Origin: a virus | Lineage: Duplodnaviria; Caudoviricetes | IMG/VR virus record: IMGVR_UViG_3300022871_000021 | Coordinates: 1 to 56,027 of that record | DNA: 56,027 bases | Strand: one strand, 5' to 3' | Shown here: piece by piece, positions 54,534 through 56,027 of the stretch | Position numbering within the stretch: the first letter of the stretch is position 1 | How the letters are laid out: each line of letters opens with the position of its first letter | The notes under the pieces: model-generated | Told to the model about the DNA's origin: nothing | What the model saw: the letters and a program-made list of their open reading frames with translations, nothing else | Databases searched by the model: none | Made by a program: the position numbers and the translations under genes

Positions 54534-56027
54534 TTGAAAATAGATACCAGTTCGTTTAAGTCAGTTATAAAGGGTCATAAACTTCAAGGCGATAGCTATG
54601 ATGAGGGGATAAAGGGAATGTTTGACACCGACATCCCTTGTAATCCTACTGACTTCAAAACCTGTCTAATCCATACCGTTCCATACTACACGGGAGCGGG
54701 AATGATGGGTGTTCATATTATCCATAATGTCTTGAATAATATTAAAGATGTTTGTGTAGATTATTGTTACCTTCCTGAACCATCTATCCGCAAAGTATTA
54801 AAATCTGGAAAAATCCCTCTCTTTGGCTTCGGAACAAAAATTCCGTTGAGGGAGTTTGATGTTTTGGGCTTTAGTATGTTCTTCGCTCCTAATATTTGTA
54901 ATATGGTTCATATTGTAAAACTCGCTAATATTCCTTTTCTTGCCGAGGAGAGAGGTGAAGGATGGCCTATTTTTCTTTCTGGAGGTGTTTTAAATACTGC
55001 ACCAGAATCTATTGCTCCTATTTTTGATGTTATGTTTATCGGAGAAGGCGAAGAGCAGACTCCTGTTATAATCAATACTATAAAATTTATGAAGAAAGAT
55101 GGAAAGAAGAAGGAAGAAATTTTAAAGGCAATAGCTAAAATCCCCGGCTGTTATGTTCCGAGGTTTTATGAAAACATTTTCGACCCTATTACGAAAAGAT
55201 ATATTGGTTATAAAAAATTGTGGGATGGAGCTCCTGATAGAATAGATTGGCAAAAAGTAGACATATCTAATCCTAAATATAATTATACGATTGTCAATTA
55301 TAAAAAGGATGTGGCTCGGAAGAGACTATATTTAACTAAAGATGTCGAAGTAACGAGAGGGTGCGTTCATGGTTGCAGATTTTGTGCGCCTTTTTCTTGG
55401 TATAAGCCATATAGGGAAAGAAATTTTGAAGGGGTGAAAGAAGCCATTAAGGCTCGGAAGGAAATGGGGACCGTAAGAATGATGGGCTTGACTCCTACAG
55501 ATTATTCAAGATATAATGAGGCGAGGGATTATGCTATAAGTCTTGGGATTCAGTATGACGGATATTCAGAAAGAGTAGACCAGTTCGAGAGGACTTGGGA
55601 TGACCATAGGAAGAAAAGGTCGGTTTGTTTTGCTCTTGAGTGTTCGGGTGAGTCTATGAGGAGAAGAATAAATAAGCATTTATCGGATAATGTTTTTTGG
55701 TCTGCCTTTAAGAAGGCTATTAAAGAGGGTATAGTAAAGACAAAGGTTATGTGTATGATAGGTTTACCTTTTGAGACTAAAGAGGATGTTATCGGTCTTC
55801 ATAATTTAATGGATGAGATGTGGAAGGCCTCAAGGAGAATAAGGCCTATGTCCGCTATAGAGTTATCCGTAAATCCGTTTTTACCCAAGCCTCACACTCC
55901 TTTTCAATGGTGTGCACATAAAGAGAGCCCTTGGATGGCAGATTATGTTAGGATTTATAATGAAAAGTTTAATGACGGTTCTTTTGTCGTCTTCGATGAA
56001 AAATTAAACAGAAATGTTGTTAAGGGT
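54534..56027 (+). CDS. Radical SAM protein, TIGR03960-like (B12-binding-like N-terminus), 3'-truncated, absent from ORF track
   Basis: Open from TTG 54534 (or ATG 54618) to the window end; FDVLGFS, GG...APE..APIFD..FIGEGE, IPGCYVP, EVTRGCVHGCRFC (55362), MRRRINK, MIGLPFET, PFLPKPHTPFQW. Confidence 0.88.
   Translation, partial: MKIDTSSFKSVIKGHKLQGDSYDEGIKGMFDTDIPCNPTDFKTCLIHTVPYYTGAGMMGVHIIHNVLNNIKDVCVDYCYLPEPSIRKVLKSGKIPLFGFGTKIPLREFDVLGFSMFFAPNICNMVHIVKLANIPFLAEERGEGWPIFLSGGVLNTAPESIAPIFDVMFIGEGEEQTPVIINTIKFMKKDGKKKEEILKAIAKIPGCYVPRFYENIFDPITKRYIGYKKLWDGAPDRIDWQKVDISNPKYNYTIVNYKKDVARKRLYLTKDVEVTRGCVHGCRFCAPFSWYKPYRERNFEGVKEAIKARKEMGTVRMMGLTPTDYSRYNEARDYAISLGIQYDGYSERVDQFERTWDDHRKKRSVCFALECSGESMRRRINKHLSDNVFWSAFKKAIKEGIVKTKVMCMIGLPFETKEDVIGLHNLMDEMWKASRRIRPMSAIELSVNPFLPKPHTPFQWCAHKESPWMADYVRIYNEKFNDGSFVVFDEKLNRNVVKG

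Overview
A 56-kb fragment of a low-GC (roughly one-third GC by eye) tailed phage of siphovirus type. Every credible gene is on the + strand, and both window ends cut genes. Order: (1) neck and tail module (1-16.7 kb) with a very acidic repeat protein, head-tail joining genes, tail tube, tape measure, a lambda-like M/L/K/I-J tail tip and three paralogous tip proteins; (2) lysis region with holin-like genes and an overlapping spanin-like pair, suggesting a diderm host, plus a GC-rich three-way-junction RNA candidate; (3) early/accessory region (18.3-28.8 kb) of small genes behind repeated promoters, including a signal-peptide M15 peptidase, two Lar-like genes, DUF932, ATP-dependent ligase and SprT; (4) replication/recombination region: intein-bearing SNF2 helicase, candidate origin, DnaC-like loader, DnaB, DnaG, sigma factor, DnaE with an extra N-terminal domain, SSB-like protein, a split intein-bearing SbcC around SbcD, HNH nucleases and RusA; (5) small-ORF array ending in a 3'-truncated TIGR03960-like radical SAM gene missing from the ORF track. 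The best new-system candidate is a glycosylation cassette inside the replication module (methyltransferase, two DUF616 glycosyltransferase-like genes, plant/giant-virus-type NDP-rhamnose epimerase/reductase), possibly linked to the radical SAM. GATC and CCWGG appear avoided. I saw no tRNA, rRNA, CRISPR array, integrase or reverse transcriptase. All family calls come from motif recognition by eye, not from database searches.
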